Virus record (IMG/VR): IMGVR_UViG_3300035670_000247
Coordinates: 1 to 57,882 of that record
Strand: one strand, 5' to 3'
DNA from: a virus
Lineage: Duplodnaviria > Caudoviricetes
DNA length: 57,882 nt
Below the pieces are notes generated by a model, which made no database searches, was not told the origin of the DNA, and was given only the letters and a program-made list of their open reading frames with translations. The position numbers and the translations under genes were made by a program. Below are positions 54,674-57,882 of the stretch, in pieces. Every line of letters starts with the position of its first letter. Position 1 is the stretch's first letter.

Positions 54674-54726
54674 GTTATTGCCCCTCCGCTTCGCTTCGGG
54701 TCAAAACGTGACCCTGAGCGTTAGCC
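54655..54726 (+). repeat. attC-like site
   Basis: GCACAAC-AACAG-GGT[C]CACG-TT...AA-CGTGACC-CTGAGC-GTTAGCC. Confidence 0.85.
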
Positions 54727-54917
54727 TTTAAGGCATCGTCCACTGCCTTGCGATCTTCCTTGGTCGCAGATGGGAATACCATGTCATCCACCCATGACTT
54801 GCGGAAATCCAAGCTGACTTGGTGGTGCAAGATTCCGATATTCCAGATGCGCCCTCCCCACGGCCACGTGTCGAGGTAGAACCGGCGTTTGAAGCAAGTC
54901 TCCCCCAGCCTGGTCAA
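54675..54917 (-). CDS. Hypothetical cassette-like gene
   Basis: Stop codon falls inside the attC loop. Confidence 0.5.
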   Translation of the reverse strand: MTRLGETCFKRRFYLDTWPWGGRIWNIGILHHQVSLDFRKSWVDDMVFPSATKEDRKAVDDALKANAQGHVLTRSEAEGQ

Positions 54918-55261
54918 GCTGCATCATCCGTATCTCCTGTGTTCTCGACGACGATCTTAGCTGGCCCCTGACACAGCTGACAGCGCGGCGACGGCGGCGG
55001 CTCAGCGCCGTAGGATTCGCGCCAGACATGCAGGCACGACTCGCACGCCAGCAGCCGCTCGCCCACGAACAACCCGCGCTCCAGCACCAGCATGTGCCTG
55101 TTGGTTCTGGAGCATTTGCGGTAGGAGAGAGCCACTTTGGCGCCGCATTTGATAACATGACACGCCATGCGGAACAGAAACTCTGCGTCATCGATCGTCA
55201 ACGGATCTAATACTGGCCACTGCGTCCGCCTGACACTCTCTTCATACCGTGCTGTTTTCAT
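54914..55261 (-). CDS. Zinc-finger hypothetical protein
   Basis: CESC..CQLC. Confidence 0.55.
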   Translation of the reverse strand: MKTARYEESVRRTQWPVLDPLTIDDAEFLFRMACHVIKCGAKVALSYRKCSRTNRHMLVLERGLFVGERLLACESCLHVWRESYGAEPPPSPRCQLCQGPAKIVVENTGDTDDAA

Positions 55262-55451
55262 TGTGCGCCTCCATTGCCGCCTTGAGTTTGCGTTTCAGCT
55301 CAATCACTACATCCTTGATAGCCTGTTGCCGCGCAAACATGGCTATCCTGAATTCTGCCTTTGTCAACATCGGCATACCGACGCTGCGGGTGCGCACCGG
55401 CCGGTTTTCCTGCCGGGCCGCCACTTCATCGATCAGATTATCCCAATTCAC
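55242..55451 (-). CDS. Hypothetical protein
   Basis: AGGAGG before the GTG start. Confidence 0.5.
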   Translation of the reverse strand: MNWDNLIDEVAARQENRPVRTRSVGMPMLTKAEFRIAMFARQQAIKDVVIELKRKLKAAMEAHNENSTV

Positions 55452-55644
55452 TTGCGTCCTCCTGGCGTTTGGTGATGCAGCACCTGCGATCCCAGTCAGC
55501 CGCATCCTGCGGAGTAATCCGCAATGCGCGTCCATACCGGTGCGCTCTCAGAGTGCCGGCAGCAATGTGCCGGTACACGGTCATGCGGCTGATCTGCCGC
55601 TCTTCCGCCACATCGGCAACGGATAAAAATGTTCTCATTCGCAT
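55438..55644 (-). CDS. Excisionase-family HTH protein
   Basis: FLSVADVAEERQISRMTVYRHIAAGTLRAHRYGRALRI. Confidence 0.85.
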   Translation of the reverse strand: MRMRTFLSVADVAEERQISRMTVYRHIAAGTLRAHRYGRALRITPQDAADWDRRCCITKRQEDASELG

Positions 55645-56426
55645 AACAGGCTCCTCACGACATCTTCAATGGCATCCAATGCGCCATTCTGAATCTCTTC
55701 ATCTGTCTGCACATAGCTGGTGGTCGATGTTATTTTCGCGTGCCCGAGAAGCTTCTGCATCTCAAGCAGAATATTGACCGGGGTGCCTGATGCCTTGAGA
55801 CTTTTCAGGTGATCGTGTGCTATGCGGGCATACGTCTTGCGCAGGCCGTGAGTGGCGAGCCCGCTGTCATCCAGCCCGGCGCGGCGATACGCAGACCTAT
55901 ACGCCTTGTATGCGCCGACACGACTCAGCCTCTTGCCTGTTGTCGTGCAAAAAAACGGCCATGTTTTGAGTATTTGCCCCTGCGCCCGGATCTGTATCCA
56001 CCAGGCATCCAATGCCTCCCAGGCCATCGGCATTAGCCGGAACGTGCGGGAATCAATGCTGACGGTCTTTTTGCCCCGGATTTGCCGGGCGGCCGAACGG
56101 CAAATCCGATCCAGTTCTGTGCCGGGGATAACATCCGCCAGCAGCATATCAAGATTCTCCTCGACGCGCCTGATAATGTGCTCGATATTGCCAGGGCGGG
56201 GGGCAGATTTTTTGCCGTTCTTGAGGTTGTGCCGCTCTATCGTGATAACGTCTCGGACGCGGTCGGCCGCAACCACGTCACCTACGTTCAGCGACAGCAC
56301 CTCGCTGATGCGCAGCCCCGTTGTGGCCTGCATGATCATCAGCGCACGGTTGCGGGCGCGGGCAGAGCCGCTGAACGCCGCCAGCACGTCTCTCAATTCG
56401 TCGTTGGTCATTGCACGGGTTCTCAT
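55635..56426 (-). CDS. Second tyrosine recombinase (catalytic domain only, with ~50-aa insertion)
   Basis: TGLRISEVLSL, K, THGLRKT, LLGH..ITSTTSY. Confidence 0.92.
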   Translation of the reverse strand: MRTRAMTNDELRDVLAAFSGSARARNRALMIMQATTGLRISEVLSLNVGDVVAADRVRDVITIERHNLKNGKKSAPRPGNIEHIIRRVEENLDMLLADVIPGTELDRICRSAARQIRGKKTVSIDSRTFRLMPMAWEALDAWWIQIRAQGQILKTWPFFCTTTGKRLSRVGAYKAYRSAYRRAGLDDSGLATHGLRKTYARIAHDHLKSLKASGTPVNILLEMQKLLGHAKITSTTSYVQTDEEIQNGALDAIEDVVRSLLCE

Positions 56427-56752
56427 TCGACAATTCTCCCGCACTCGGTGCAGAACATGTTTTCGCAATCGGCGGCGATAATGCCGCCGCACTCGCAATA
56501 CAGCGCGGCGGCAGAAGGGTGGTTGCTGATCGCAACGTGTTTTTCCAGGCGAAAAAGTGTTTTTAGAATTTTTTTCAGGAGATTCATCTTTTTTTTCCGC
56601 TGTTGCTGGTGGCATTCACTGCATAACATACGGCCTGTAACTGTCCGTCTGCAGACTCTGACTAATCTGCATTTGCCACAGTCTATTATCATCAGCCTCC
56701 AGCTTGGCCACGACAGACACAGCCCCGCTGCAAACTCCCACAGGCGCCTCAT
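56423..56752 (-). CDS. Zn-ribbon hypothetical protein
   Basis: Multiple CxxC motifs; overlap-coupled. Confidence 0.5.
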   Translation of the reverse strand: MRRLWEFAAGLCLSWPSWRLMIIDCGKCRLVRVCRRTVTGRMLCSECHQQQRKKKMNLLKKILKTLFRLEKHVAISNHPSAAALYCECGGIIAADCENMFCTECGRIVE

Positions 56753-57327
56753 GCCGCATATCCGTTGTTCATGAATTTATAGAACTGCACCGGCGAAACC
56801 CTGGCATCGAATGCCAGGTCAAGGATTTTCTGCGAGACATCACGAAACGCCTTGTGCTGCGCTGCCCTGCCCAGGCCGCAGTTCTTGCATGGATACACGA
56901 ATACATCGATGTTCCACCCCCGGCTCTGGTGATAGTGAGCCTGCTCCTGCTTGACAATGAAGGCGTGCTGTTTGGTGCCTTCCCACTTGAACGCCACCGG
57001 CGCGTACAACAGGCCGGTATGATCGCAGCAGGAGCAGCCTTCCGCCGCCTTGCCCGCCGAATAACCGGCGCCGCCGTTGGCCTTGGCGTAGGCGTCCTTC
57101 ACTGCAAAGAGGCTTGGATAATTCTTATCCGATCCTGCCTGGCGGCGCAGATCGTCCAGCACTTCATTCATCTTGTCCTGCTTCACCCAGTCATGGTTCA
57201 GCCACTTGCCGAAATGCACCAGCGGACTTTCCCCGCTGGCAATCTTCTCTTCCGTCCAGTTTCGCGGCAGCACAAAATACTGACACCAGAGACTCTGAAA
57301 ATCATTGACCGACATATTTGCCTGCAT
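56749..57327 (-). CDS. Replication-associated protein (loader position), Cys motifs
   Basis: Follows the initiator; CSCC...CKNC. Confidence 0.55.
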   Translation of the reverse strand: MQANMSVNDFQSLWCQYFVLPRNWTEEKIASGESPLVHFGKWLNHDWVKQDKMNEVLDDLRRQAGSDKNYPSLFAVKDAYAKANGGAGYSAGKAAEGCSCCDHTGLLYAPVAFKWEGTKQHAFIVKQEQAHYHQSRGWNIDVFVYPCKNCGLGRAAQHKAFRDVSQKILDLAFDARVSPVQFYKFMNNGYAA

Positions 57328-57882
57328 CTTCCATCTCCTTGATTTTGAGCATGACTAATTCTCCAGTGGACAGCTTTTTGCCATTCCGTCCCGTCGGCAG
57401 CTGCGCCGCTGGTGCGCTGCGGTCCGCATACTGGATGTACCGTCGCAGCATCTTGCCGGGGTTTGGGATTGAGTCCACACTTCCAATCACGTCCATGGCA
57501 AACTCATTCCAACCTCTGGATCTCATAGCCGGATCGGATTGTCCTTGCAGCGCGTTGATGATCACCTGTTCTGACAAAACCTGAAACGCAGGTTCAAGAT
57601 TTTTCGTGGCTTCGATGTACTGCTCGTATGTCCAGTCCGGCCTGGCGGTCGGCACGTCGCCGCCGAATCTCGCGCCCGCCCGCGATGGGGGGGGGTTATT
57701 TTTATCTTCTTTCCCTTCTTTATCTTCTTTACATTCTTGTATGTGTCCGTCTGTTGTACCGTCTGTTGTACCGTCTGTTGTACCGTCTGTTGTACCGTCT
57801 GTTGTACCGTCTGTTGTACCGTCTGTTGTACCGTCTGTTGTACCGTCTGTTGTACCGTCTGTTGTACCGTCTGTTGTACCGT
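57302..57882 (-). CDS. Replication initiator, C-terminal part
   Basis: (GTTD)n-GHIQECKEDKEGKEDKNNPPP...VPTARPDW is in frame with the listed ORF 57302..57655. Confidence 0.85.
   Translation of the reverse strand, partial: GTTDGTTDGTTDGTTDGTTDGTTDGTTDGTTDGTTDGTTDGTTDGHIQECKEDKEGKEDKNNPPPSRAGARFGGDVPTARPDWTYEQYIEATKNLEPAFQVLSEQVIINALQGQSDPAMRSRGWNEFAMDVIGSVDSIPNPGKMLRRYIQYADRSAPAAQLPTGRNGKKLSTGELVMLKIKEMEDAGKYVGQ
57747..57882. repeat. 12-bp tandem repeat, same array as 1-127
   Basis: Directly visible. Confidence 0.95.

Larger units (their letters stand above)
1..57882. mobile_element. Complete temperate phage genome (podovirus-like morphogenesis), circular contig
   Basis: Integrase, attP, repressor, terminase, portal, capsid, tail and lysis genes are all present. 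Nucleotides 1-127 equal 57756-57882, and one ORF reads across the junction. Confidence 0.95.

Noticed and set aside
53068-54726. Hairpins as rho-independent terminators or REP elements
   Set aside because: They have no U-tracts, overlap coding sequence and differ in sequence, yet conserve AAC/GTT ends, spacer lengths and bulge position.
55635-56426. Bona fide integron integrase IntI
   Set aside because: It lacks the N-terminal domain and the recognisable IntI insertion motif, and no attI could be identified with confidence.
57687-57695. G9 tract as a phase-variation switch
   Set aside because: It encodes a Pro run in a linker of a probably essential gene, and the frame is intact.

Overview
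This looks like a complete, circularly closed temperate tailed-phage genome of at least ~57.75 kb. The first and last 127 nt are identical and lie inside a 12-bp tandem repeat within the replication-initiator gene. Layout: (1) lysogeny module with an XRE repressor, divergent RHH and excisionase-like genes, an intact attP carrying the 3' half of tRNA-Gln(TTG), and a tyrosine integrase; (2) a long minus-strand late region with lysis genes, signal-peptide-bearing fibre-like proteins, an ECF sigma factor, podovirus-type tail and adaptor genes, an N4-gp56-like capsid, scaffold, portal, TerL/TerS and a 5693-aa polyvalent protein; (3) a short plus-strand island of small genes; (4) a minus-strand early region. 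Most notable: the early region (~50.5-54.7 kb) is punctuated by hairpins with canonical integron attC geometry, one small gene per interval, inverted relative to the ORFs and downstream of a second, unusual tyrosine recombinase. This suggests a phage-borne cassette-array system. Other highlights are five identical 17-bp late-promoter boxes at fixed spacing from a -10 element, a Com-like zinc-finger gene followed by an RBS-sequestering hairpin before the capsid gene, a RyR/Gp49-family fusion (candidate nucleotide-signal sponge), and a Csx20-like candidate ring nuclease. All family assignments come from motif recognition by eye; no database searches were run.
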